This document shows, in pieces, positions 1-7,803 of a stretch of DNA of 32,000 bases. Where the stretch lies: assembly GCF_042660085.1 (NCBI RefSeq), contig NZ_JBHSTI010000002.1:120001-152000 (forward strand), given 5' to 3'. Positions within the stretch are counted from its first letter, which is position 1; each line of letters begins with the position of its first letter. The notes below the pieces were generated by a model. The model did not search any database. It was given only the letters and a program-made list of their open reading frames with translations, and was not told where the DNA came from. This DNA is from Longivirga aurantiaca (GTDB lineage: Bacteria > Actinomycetota > Actinomycetes > S36-B12 > CAIYMF01). The position numbers and the translations under genes were made by a program.

Positions 1-2
1 GC

Positions 3-611
3 CTGAGGCTCATCCTCGACGGCTCCGCGGTGGAGGTCGTGGGCGAGGCGGGCGACGGGCTGGACGCGCTCGAGCTCGCCCGGCGCTGCCGGCCGCGCGT
101 GCTGCTGGCCGACCTCCGCATGCCTCGGATGGACGGGATCGAGCTGACGCGCCGCATCCGGCACGACCCGGAGCTCGACGACGTGCGCGTCGTCGTCCTG
201 ACGACCTTCGCCGAGGACGACTACCTGGTCCGTGCCACTCAGGCGGGAGCCGACGGCTACCTGCTCAAGTCGATGCCGCCGGAGGACATCGTGGCAGGGG
301 TGGCTGCGGCGGCACGCGGTCAGACGGTCCTCGCGCCCGCGCTCGTGCAGCGACTCCTCGCGGAGCACGTCCATGGCAGGGTGACGGCGTCACCGGCGAT
401 GGAGCGGCTCACGGCGCGGGAGATCGACGTCCTGCGCCTCATCGCGGTGGGCAGGTCCAACCTCGAGATCGCCCACACCTTGTTCGTCGGTGAGGGGACC
501 GTGAAGACCCACGTCGCGTCCATCCTGCGCAAGCTCTCGGTCAGGGACCGCGTCCAGGCCGCCATCGCCGCCTACGAGCAGGGCCTGGTGAGGCCGGGTG
601 AACAGGGCTGA
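3..611 (+). CDS. NarL/FixJ-family (LuxR-type HTH) two-component response regulator, 5' end cut by window edge
   Basis: The reading frame is open from the window edge (LRLILDGSA precedes the track ORF). Receiver-domain motifs are LLADLRMPRMDG (phospho-acceptor Asp region), VVVLTTF and DGYLLK. The C-terminal LuxR HTH reads LTAREIDVLRLIAVGRSNLEIAHTLFVGEGTVKTHVASILRKL. Stop TGA at 609-611. Confidence 0.9.
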   Translation: MRLILDGSAVEVVGEAGDGLDALELARRCRPRVLLADLRMPRMDGIELTRRIRHDPELDDVRVVVLTTFAEDDYLVRATQAGADGYLLKSMPPEDIVAGVAAAARGQTVLAPALVQRLLAEHVHGRVTASPAMERLTAREIDVLRLIAVGRSNLEIAHTLFVGEGTVKTHVASILRKLSVRDRVQAAIAAYEQGLVRPGEQG

Positions 612-623
612 GGCACCACCGAG

Positions 624-685
624 CGCCTCACGCACCGAAGTCCCAGAAAACCGTTGCGGTTTGTGGCACTTCGGTGCGTGAGGCG
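624..685. terminator. 62-nt nested hairpin, probable bidirectional intrinsic terminator between convergent genes
   Basis: Perfect 18-bp inverted repeat CGCCTCACGCACCGAAGT (624-641) / ACTTCGGTGCGTGAGGCG (668-685). It encloses an inner AAACCG-TTG-CGGTTT hairpin (648-662) with T-rich runs after it on both strands. It sits between stop 611 (+) and stop 690 (-). Confidence 0.7.
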
Positions 686-689
686 TGGG

Positions 690-1436
690 TCAGTGCACCT
701 CGTGCCCGCCGGACACGTTGACCGCCTGGCCCGTCACGAACGACGAGCGCTCGTCGACGAGGTGGGCGACCGCGTGGGCGACGTCGTCCGGCGTGCAGGC
801 CCGCCCGAGCGGGATCTCGGCCACGAACCGGTCGCGCCAGCCCGCGGTGTCGACCTCGGCGTATGCGTGCGCGAAGTCCTCGGCCAGGCTCTCCATCATC
901 GCGGTGTCGCAGATGACCGGGCAGACGCAGTTGACCGTGACCCCGGTGCCCACGAGCTCGAGCGCGAGCGACTGCGCGAACCCGATGACGCCGAACTTGG
1001 ACGCGCAGTAGTGGGCGATCCCGGGCTCGCCCGTCTTGCCGGCGTCCGACGAGATGCACACGACGCGGCCGCGCGGCGAGCGGCGCAGCAGCGGCAGGCA
1101 GGCCTGCACCGCGAGGAAGGTGCCGGTGAGGTTCACGGTGAGCACGCGGTCCCACTGCGCGCGGCTCATCGTCTCGACAGGCGCGACGTCGATGACGCCC
1201 GCGCAGGTGATGACGGCGTCGAGCCTGCCGAGCTCGGTCTCGACGGTGCTCGCGAGCGCGGCCACCGACGCCTCGTCGGTGACGTCGCACGCCACCCACC
1301 GGTCCGGCCCGGGCACCGCGTCGGCGCGGTCGCTGCCCACGACGAGCCAGCCGTCGTGCTGCAGCCGGGCGGTGATGGCGCGGCCGATGCCTCCGGCGGC
1401 GCCGGTCACCACGGCCACGGGCGGCGAGGTGCTCAT
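690..1436 (-). CDS. Short-chain dehydrogenase/reductase (SDR), classical type
   Basis: ATG at 1436 (cat 1434-1436), stop tca 690-692. Motifs: VAVVTGAAGGIGRA (TGxxxGIG cofactor site), NLTG, SSDAG, YCASKFG (YxxxK). The 121 upstream residues of the track ORF (to 1799) are Arg/Pro/Gly junk overlapping the BVMO gene. ATGA overlap with the BVMO stop (1433-1436). Confidence 0.9.
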   Translation of the reverse strand: MSTSPPVAVVTGAAGGIGRAITARLQHDGWLVVGSDRADAVPGPDRWVACDVTDEASVAALASTVETELGRLDAVITCAGVIDVAPVETMSRAQWDRVLTVNLTGTFLAVQACLPLLRRSPRGRVVCISSDAGKTGEPGIAHYCASKFGVIGFAQSLALELVGTGVTVNCVCPVICDTAMMESLAEDFAHAYAEVDTAGWRDRFVAEIPLGRACTPDDVAHAVAHLVDERSSFVTGQAVNVSGGHEVH

Positions 1437-2908
1437 CGGACCTCGACCGAGCGGAACCGCGCGAGCTTGGTGCGCAGGATGTACGAGCTCGCCGAGAACG
1501 GCCACTGCGACACCACCCTGCCGGTGCCGGCCTTGAAGTAGCTGGTCGTCTCCGCCCACACCGTCCGGCGCAGCTGGGCCTGGACCCAGTCGTTGAACTT
1601 CCGGAACGCCTCCGGGTTCACCGTGATGAGCGACCGGGAGGGGTCCTTCAGCTTCGCGATCAGCGAGGCGGCGAAGTCCGCCTGGGCCTCGTAGAACGAC
1701 ACGAGGGGCACGGCGTTGGTGTTGGGGCCGTACATCATGAAGAAGTTCGGGAAGCCGGGGACCATCATGCCGAGCAGGGCCTCGGGCTCGCCGTCCCACA
1801 CCTTCTGCAGGTCCGCGCCGCCCTCACCCGTGACCTGGTAGCTGCTGAGGTAGTTCGCGGCATCGAACCCCGTGGCGAAGATGACGATGTCGACGGGGTG
1901 CTCGGTGCCGGAGGCGTCGACGACCCCGGTGCGCGTGAGCGACGTCACCGCGCGGGGCACGAGGTGCACGTGGTCCTGCTTCAGCGTGGGGTAGTACGTG
2001 TCGCTGATGACCGTGCGACGTCCCTCGAACGGGAACTCGGGCGTGCAGGCCTCGACCAGGTCGGGCCGGTCGCCGAGCGACTGGCGCAGGTACTCGAGCG
2101 AACGCACGCGGCGCTCACGGTGGGCCTTGCCGTCGGTCCGGGCGTGCTGCGACCGTGCCTGCCGCAGGTCGTATTCGGCATACAGCTTGAACCGCTTCCA
2201 CCGGTAGACGAGCGGGTTCCTGCTCGCCTCGCGCTCCTCGGGGGTGAACGCCCGGCTGTTCTTGGGCAGCAGCCAGTTGGGCTCGATCTGGAAGATCGTG
2301 ACGTCGCTCGCCACGGCGGCGGCCTCGACGATGATCTGGACCGCGGACGAGCCGGTGCCGAGCACCGCCACCCGCTTGCCCGTCATGTCCAGGCCCTCCG
2401 GCCACGTCGACGTGTGGCACATGACGCCCTCGAACTCCGTCTCGCCGCGCGCGAACGGCGGGATGAGCGGGACGTTGAGGAAACCGACGGCGCTGATGAC
2501 TGCGCTGAAGGTGCCGAAGTCCTCCCCGGAGGCCGTCGTGAGCGACCAGGTGCGGGTGTCGTCCGACCACGTGACCGACTCGACCTTCTCCTCGAACCGC
2601 ATGTGCTCGAGGAGGCCCCACTTGGTGGCCACGCGGCGGAGGTAGTCGAGCAGCTCGTGCCACTCGACATGGGTGCGGGTCCAGTCCGAGTGCTCGAACG
2701 AGAACGAGTAGATGTGCGACTCGAGGTCGACCTCGGCCCCGGGATAGCGGTTGGCCCACCACGTGCCGCCGACGTCCGGGTACTTGTCGAAGATGACGAA
2801 GTCCTCGATGCCCTTGCGGCGGAGCTCGACACCCGCGGCGATGCCGCTGAAGCCGGCACCGATGACGGCGACCCGCGGGCGGCCGGGCGTGGGGAGCGGT
2901 GGTGTCAC
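1433..2908 (-). CDS. Type I Baeyer-Villiger monooxygenase (class B flavoprotein monooxygenase)
   Basis: FAD Rossmann VAVIGAGFSG, GGTWWANRYPGAEVD, BVMO fingerprint FxGxxxHxxxWP = FEGVMCHTSTWP, second Rossmann VLGTGSSAVQ. I place the start at GTG 2908, which has GGGAGGA (2914-2920, minus strand) 5 nt upstream. The track start at 3001 adds 31 residues with no RBS. Confidence 0.9.
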   Translation of the reverse strand: MTPPLPTPGRPRVAVIGAGFSGIAAGVELRRKGIEDFVIFDKYPDVGGTWWANRYPGAEVDLESHIYSFSFEHSDWTRTHVEWHELLDYLRRVATKWGLLEHMRFEEKVESVTWSDDTRTWSLTTASGEDFGTFSAVISAVGFLNVPLIPPFARGETEFEGVMCHTSTWPEGLDMTGKRVAVLGTGSSAVQIIVEAAAVASDVTIFQIEPNWLLPKNSRAFTPEEREASRNPLVYRWKRFKLYAEYDLRQARSQHARTDGKAHRERRVRSLEYLRQSLGDRPDLVEACTPEFPFEGRRTVISDTYYPTLKQDHVHLVPRAVTSLTRTGVVDASGTEHPVDIVIFATGFDAANYLSSYQVTGEGGADLQKVWDGEPEALLGMMVPGFPNFFMMYGPNTNAVPLVSFYEAQADFAASLIAKLKDPSRSLITVNPEAFRKFNDWVQAQLRRTVWAETTSYFKAGTGRVVSQWPFSASSYILRTKLARFRSVEVR

Positions 2909-3179
2909 GAGGATCCTCCCGGGCCTCACGTCCGTGCATGCGTCGCTCGCCGACGGTGGGTGCGGGCCCAGGGCGAGGGTAAGGCCCACAATGTAGACCA
3001 AAGTGCCGGGCTGTCAACCCTTTCCCAGATCGGAACGGACGCAACGCCATCGACCCGCCTGCGCAACCTGTGCGCAACCCGCAGGAAGCCCCTGACCGCG
3101 GGTAATGGTCCATTCTCTTGCTGTTTTGTTCGACGCAGGATAGGAAAGCCTTCTCACATCCCGACGCCGAGGAGCGTGC
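2909..3179. promoter_or_regulatory. Divergent promoter/operator region shared by the BVMO-SDR unit and the 11-gene plus-strand operon
   Basis: 271-nt gap with an AT-richer core (about 3101-3160). TGCGCAACC direct repeat at 3060-3068 and 3071-3079, plus CGCAAC at 3040-3045 (offsets of 22 and 11 nt). Inverted repeat AATGG-T-CCATT at 3104-3114. TTGCTG at 3118-3123 is a weak -35 candidate. SD GAGGAG 3169-3174 lies 5 nt before ATG 3180. Exact promoter elements are not resolved. Confidence 0.55.
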
Positions 3180-3902
3180 ATGTCTACGGTCGTGGTCACG
3201 GGCGGCGCCGGCGGGATCGGCATGGCGATCTGCCGCCGTGTGGTGGAGGCAGGTCACCTCGCGGTGGCGGCCGACGTCGCGGTCGCGATCGAGGCTCACG
3301 GCGGTGCTGACGAGCCCGGCGTGAGCTTCGTCGAGATGGACGTGACCGACCGCGCGAGCATCGAGCGGGCCGTCGCCTCGATCGTCGCCGAGGGGCACAC
3401 CGTCACCGGGCTGGTGAACTGCGCCGGGGTCCTGCGCGACACGTTCCTCGGGTCGCTGTCGGACGACGACATGCGCTTCATGTTCGAGGTCAACGTGGCC
3501 GGCATGGCACGCGTGACCGACGTCGTCGCCCCGCACCTCGTGGACGGCGGCGCCATCGTCAACATCGGGAGCCTCACCGGCCAGATGGGCCGGTTCGTGG
3601 GCGCCTCGGTGTACGGCGCGACGAAGGCGGGCGTGGCCGGCTACACGCGCTACCTCGCGATGGAGCTCGCACCGCGCGGGATCCGCGTGAACAACGTCGC
3701 CCCCGGGGTCATCGACCTCCCCATGAGCCGGTCGATGGACGCGATCTCGGGCGGGCCGGTGGAGTCGGCGAAGCACGTCCCGCTCGGCCGACTCGGCACG
3801 GCCGAGGAGGTCGCCGAGGTCGTCGAGTTCCTCCTCTCGTCCCGGGCGTCGTACGTCACGGCCCAGACGCTGCTCGTGGACGGCGGGTTCATCGCATGGT
3901 GA
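3180..3902 (+). CDS. SDR family oxidoreductase
   Basis: VVVTGGAGGIGMA cofactor motif, NCAG, NIGS, YGATKAG (YxxxK), PGVIDLPM. Good SD upstream. First gene of the plus-strand operon. Confidence 0.9.
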   Translation: MSTVVVTGGAGGIGMAICRRVVEAGHLAVAADVAVAIEAHGGADEPGVSFVEMDVTDRASIERAVASIVAEGHTVTGLVNCAGVLRDTFLGSLSDDDMRFMFEVNVAGMARVTDVVAPHLVDGGAIVNIGSLTGQMGRFVGASVYGATKAGVAGYTRYLAMELAPRGIRVNNVAPGVIDLPMSRSMDAISGGPVESAKHVPLGRLGTAEEVAEVVEFLLSSRASYVTAQTLLVDGGFIAW

Positions 3903-5155
3903 CCCACGCGGACATCGACGCGGCCAATGCGCGCGCGCTCGAGCTGCTCGGCGCCGCGGACCCCGTGGTCGTCGACGTACGCACCGCCGGGGAGGTGCTG
4001 CCGGGCTACCGGCCCAACCTGATCCTCACCTCCGGCGCGCCCATGCCGTGGTCGGAGTACGTCGGCGGGCAGCGGGACGCCCTCATCGGGGCGGCGCAGT
4101 TCGAGGGCCTGGCCGCGAGCCGCGAGGAGGCCATCGAGGGGTTCGAGTCCGGCGACATCGAGGTCGGCTCGTGCCACGACCACGGCGCCGTCGGGTCGTT
4201 GGCCGGCGTCTACTCCGCGTCGATGCCCGTGTTCGTGGTGGAGAACCGGGCGACCGGGGCGCACGGCTACTGCAACTTCTACGAGGGCAAGGAGCCTCGC
4301 CGGCTCAACTACGGCTGCTACGACGAGGGCGTCCACGAGCGGCTGCTGCACGTCAACCGGGTGCTCGCCCCCGTGGTCGGCGAGGCGATCCGCCGCACCG
4401 GCGGCGTGGCGCTGAAGCCGCTGATCTCGCGCGCGCTGCGCATGGGCGACGAGGTGCACAGCCGCAACGCGGCGGCGTCGATGCTGTTCAGCCGCGAGCT
4501 CCTGCCCGCGTTCCTCGACCAGGTCGCGACCGACCGGGACGGTGTCACGGAGACGGCGACGCACCTGGCCGAGAACGACTACTTCTTCCTTCGCCTGTCG
4601 ATGGCCGCGGCCAAGGCCACCGCCGACTCGATCATCGGGCTCGAGAACTCGACCGTGGTCAGCGCCATGGCCTTCAGCTGCCAGGGGTTCGCCATCCGCG
4701 TGGCCGGCACCGGCACACAGTGGTTCACCGGACCGCCGCCGGTCCACGAGGGCCGGCTCTTCGCCGGCCACACCGAGGACGAGATCACGTGGATGGGCGG
4801 GGAGAGCCCCATCACCGAGACGATCGGCCTCGGCGGGTTCGCCCAGGCCTGCGCACTGTCGCTGCAGGAGTACCAAGGAGGGTCGCCCGAGGTCATGATC
4901 GAGCGCAACAAGGAGATGTACGGCATCACGGTCGGGGAGAACCCCGACTACCGCATCCCGCTCTTCGCGTTCCGCGGCACGCCCACGGGCATCGACGTCC
5001 GCAAGGTGCTCGCGACCTCGGTGCTGCCGGTGATGGACGTGGGCCTCGCGGGGCGCGACGGCGGCCAGATCGGCGCCGGGGTGATCCGGGCCCCGCGCGA
5101 GTGCTTCGAGTCAGCTGCGTCCGGGTTCGAGGCGCAGTACGGGATCGCGCTGTGA
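3896..5155 (+). CDS. DUF1116 (YlbE-like) domain protein
   Basis: The N-terminal ANARALE..., LILTSGAPMPW, GAAQFEGLA, IEVGSCHDHGAVGSLAGVYSASMPVFVVEN and CNFYEGKEP..LNYGCY pattern matches my recollection of the YlbE/DUF1116 family. The ATG at 3896 overlaps the upstream stop by 7 nt. The alternative GTG at 3899 would give a GTGA overlap. Confidence 0.75.
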   Translation: MVTHADIDAANARALELLGAADPVVVDVRTAGEVLPGYRPNLILTSGAPMPWSEYVGGQRDALIGAAQFEGLAASREEAIEGFESGDIEVGSCHDHGAVGSLAGVYSASMPVFVVENRATGAHGYCNFYEGKEPRRLNYGCYDEGVHERLLHVNRVLAPVVGEAIRRTGGVALKPLISRALRMGDEVHSRNAAASMLFSRELLPAFLDQVATDRDGVTETATHLAENDYFFLRLSMAAAKATADSIIGLENSTVVSAMAFSCQGFAIRVAGTGTQWFTGPPPVHEGRLFAGHTEDEITWMGGESPITETIGLGGFAQACALSLQEYQGGSPEVMIERNKEMYGITVGENPDYRIPLFAFRGTPTGIDVRKVLATSVLPVMDVGLAGRDGGQIGAGVIRAPRECFESAASGFEAQYGIAL

Positions 5156-5910
5156 CCCGCGACCTCGAGGGCCTCCGCGCCCTCGTCACGGGCGGCACCC
5201 GCGGCATCGGCCGGGGCATCGTCGACACCCTCGTCGCGCGCGGCGCGACGGTGGTGGCCTCGGGCCGTGACACGGAGGCGGGCGAGGCTCTCGCTGCGGC
5301 CGTGCCCGAGGTCAGCTTCCTCCCGGCCGACCTGCGCGACACGGCGTCGGTCGCCGGGCTCGTCGACGGTGCCGTGCGCGCGCTCGGCGGCCTTGACATC
5401 CTCTGCCACTGCGCGGGCATCTACCCCGAGCACCCGATCGGCTCGATGCTCGACGGCGACTGGCACGACGTCATCGACACCAACCTGACCAGCGCCATGG
5501 CGCTGGTGCGCGCCGCGCTCCCCGCCCTGCAGGCCTCCGGCTCGGCGCGGGTCGTGCTGGTCAGCTCGATCTCCGGACCGCGCACGGGCATCAGCGGTCT
5601 GACCCACTACTGCGCGTCCAAGTCCGGCCTCGAGGGGTTCGCGCGCGCGGCCGCCGTGGAGCTCGCGGGCTCCGGGATCACCGTCAACTGCGTGGCACCC
5701 GGGACGATCCTCACCGAGGGGCTCGCCGCCCTCTACTCCGAGCCCGGCGTCATGGACGACGTCATCGGCCGCATCCCCGCAGGCCGCATCGGCGCACCGT
5801 CGGACATCGGCAACGCCGTGGCGTTCCTCGCCTCACCGGCGTCGTCCTTCGTGACGGGCCAGTCGATCACGGTCGACGGCGGGCAGACCCTGCCCGAGGT
5901 GCAGGGCTAG
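5152..5910 (+). CDS. SDR family oxidoreductase
   Basis: GTG 5152 overlaps the upstream TGA (GTGA). Motifs: ALVTGGTRGIGRG, HCAG, SSISG, YCASKSG, PGTILT. The upstream 368 residues of the track ORF 4048..5910 are an Arg-rich alternate frame of the DUF1116 gene. Confidence 0.9.
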   Translation: MTRDLEGLRALVTGGTRGIGRGIVDTLVARGATVVASGRDTEAGEALAAAVPEVSFLPADLRDTASVAGLVDGAVRALGGLDILCHCAGIYPEHPIGSMLDGDWHDVIDTNLTSAMALVRAALPALQASGSARVVLVSSISGPRTGISGLTHYCASKSGLEGFARAAAVELAGSGITVNCVAPGTILTEGLAALYSEPGVMDDVIGRIPAGRIGAPSDIGNAVAFLASPASSFVTGQSITVDGGQTLPEVQG

Positions 5911-5912
5911 AC

Positions 5913-6692
5913 GTGGCGGGCACCTCGCGCATCGAGCTGGAGCTCTCCGGGGCGACCGCGCTCGTCACCGGCGCCGCCTCGGGGATCGGGCTCGCGACCA
6001 CGCGCATGCTCGGCGCCGCGGGCGTCCGGGTGCTCGCCGTCGACGTCGCCGCAGGGCTCGAGGACTCGGTGCGCGACCTCGTGACCGCCGGCTGCGACGT
6101 CGTCGCCGTGCGCCACGACATCACCGACGAGGAGGGTCTCGTCGCCGCGCTGGAGGCGGCGGGCGCGGACGGCCTCGCCTACGTCGCCAACTGCGCCGGG
6201 ATCCATCAGCAGCGCTCGTTCGACGACATCACGCTCGACGAGTGGCGCCGCATGCTCGAGGTGAACCTGCTCGGCGCGTTCGCCGTCACGAGGGCCGCGG
6301 CACGCTGGCTGAGGGCCAGCGGCGGCGGCGCCGTCGTCAACGTCACCTCGACCGAGGCCGAGCGCGTCATCGCGCTCGTGAACCCGGACGCCGTGCCGCA
6401 CTACGCGGCGTCCAAGGCGGCCCTCGCGATGCTGACCCGGAGCGAGGCGCACGCGCTCGCCGCCTACGGCATCCGCGTGAACGCCGTCGCACCCGGCTTC
6501 GTCGCGACGCCGATGACCCGGGGCAACCACGACGCATCCGATCTCCCCGAGCCCGCGCGGGCGCGAGCGCTCATCCAGCGCTACGCCGAGCCCCAGGAGA
6601 TCGCCGTAGCGGTCTGCTTCCTGCTCTCGGACGGGGCCGGCTTCATCACCGGCACGACGCTGCACGTGGACGGCGGCTACCTGGTCACGTGA
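5913..6692 (+). CDS. SDR family oxidoreductase
   Basis: GTG 5913 lies 2 nt after the upstream TAG. Motifs: ALVTGAASGIGLA, NCAG, YAASKAA, PGFVATPM. Confidence 0.88.
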   Translation: MAGTSRIELELSGATALVTGAASGIGLATTRMLGAAGVRVLAVDVAAGLEDSVRDLVTAGCDVVAVRHDITDEEGLVAALEAAGADGLAYVANCAGIHQQRSFDDITLDEWRRMLEVNLLGAFAVTRAAARWLRASGGGAVVNVTSTEAERVIALVNPDAVPHYAASKAALAMLTRSEAHALAAYGIRVNAVAPGFVATPMTRGNHDASDLPEPARARALIQRYAEPQEIAVAVCFLLSDGAGFITGTTLHVDGGYLVT

Positions 6693-6756
6693 CCGGCGAT
6701 GTGGCTCGATCTCGCGCTGCCCTGACGGGCGGCACCCCTGAGCGGTAGGAAGAGGC

Positions 6757-7803
6757 ATGGCGGACACCACGCGGTTCGAGGCGTTCCTCGGACGTGACGC
6801 GCGCGCGGGCTCCTGGGAGGAGCTCTCCCGCGGCACGTACCGCGTGATCCTCGAGGCCCTCGACTCCGGTGAGTGGCACGTGGCCGAGGAGCTGCTGCCC
6901 GTGACGATCCTCGAGGCCGAGGAGCTGCACGGCATCTACGGCGTCTGGCCGGGCCAGATCGCGCAGTTCCTCCTGGCCGAGGGCGCCGGGACGGACGAGG
7001 TGGACGCCGGGAGGCGGCGCCTCTGGACCGCGATCGGCGACGGCACCGAGCCCGACTGGGAAGGGGCCTGGCAGCGGTACCTCGAGCACACCGCCACGGC
7101 AGCATCGCTGGCCGCGGTCCGCGACGAGGGCACTCGCGAGGCGGTGCTGCGCGCGCACGAGACCTGGCGGGCGGCGCACGACCAGGCCGTCGACCACGTC
7201 TACGGCCTGGTCGACCTCTGCTTCCGGCTGCTGGGCGAGGGCTCGGTGCCGCGGGTCTGGGACCACCTCATGTCGCCCTGGTACGACGACCACGCCACGA
7301 GGCTGTCCACGGCGAACCAGCCGTGGTCGGAGTCGGCGCGGCAGCTGAAGCTCGCGATCGTGGACGGGTTCCACGCGCACCTGTCGGGCACCGACCGCCT
7401 CGGCGACGTCGAGCTGATCACCGAGCCGGGCCGCACCGGCTTCCGGTTCGCCCCCTGCGGATCCGGCGGGCGCGTGCTGCGCGACGACACCACCGGCGGC
7501 CGGCCGCGGGTCGAGGAGCCGTTCGCGTTCTCCGTGACGACCGAGCCGCACGACTGGTCGTTCGGAGAGGCCGGCGTCTGCACCTACTGCGTGCACTGCT
7601 GCCTGCTCAACATGACGATGCCGATGGACCGGCTCGGCTACCCGACCCGGGTCATCGAGCCGCCGACGTGGCCGGACGCCCGGGAGGGCGGCACCTGCAC
7701 CTGGTGGGTGTACGACGACCCGTCGCTGGTGCCCGATTCGGTGTACGAGCGGGTCGGGCGCACACCTGACCGGCGACCCCGTCCCCAGGAGGAGCAGCAG
7801 TGA
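6757..7803 (+). CDS. Hypothetical protein, helical N-terminal half and Cys-rich C-terminal half (CxxCxxCC), possible Fe-S or metal site
   Basis: 348-aa ORF with normal, non-junk composition and G/C-dominated third positions. SD GGAAGAGG at 6748-6755. Cys residues: PCGSGG (7456), CTYCVHCC (7579-7602), GTCTWW. Its stop overlaps the GTG of the next gene (GTGA at 7800-7803). I recognise no family. Confidence 0.75.
   Translation: MADTTRFEAFLGRDARAGSWEELSRGTYRVILEALDSGEWHVAEELLPVTILEAEELHGIYGVWPGQIAQFLLAEGAGTDEVDAGRRRLWTAIGDGTEPDWEGAWQRYLEHTATAASLAAVRDEGTREAVLRAHETWRAAHDQAVDHVYGLVDLCFRLLGEGSVPRVWDHLMSPWYDDHATRLSTANQPWSESARQLKLAIVDGFHAHLSGTDRLGDVELITEPGRTGFRFAPCGSGGRVLRDDTTGGRPRVEEPFAFSVTTEPHDWSFGEAGVCTYCVHCCLLNMTMPMDRLGYPTRVIEPPTWPDAREGGTCTWWVYDDPSLVPDSVYERVGRTPDRRPRPQEEQQ

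Noticed and set aside
6683-6694. Perfect 12-bp palindrome GGTCACGTGACC at the stop codon of the fourth operon gene, and the similar TCACGTGA at 17174-17181.
   Set aside because: Palindromes of this length are expected many times by chance in 32 kb of GC-biased DNA, and there is no second copy or positional logic. This one might still mark an internal operator, but that is unsupported.
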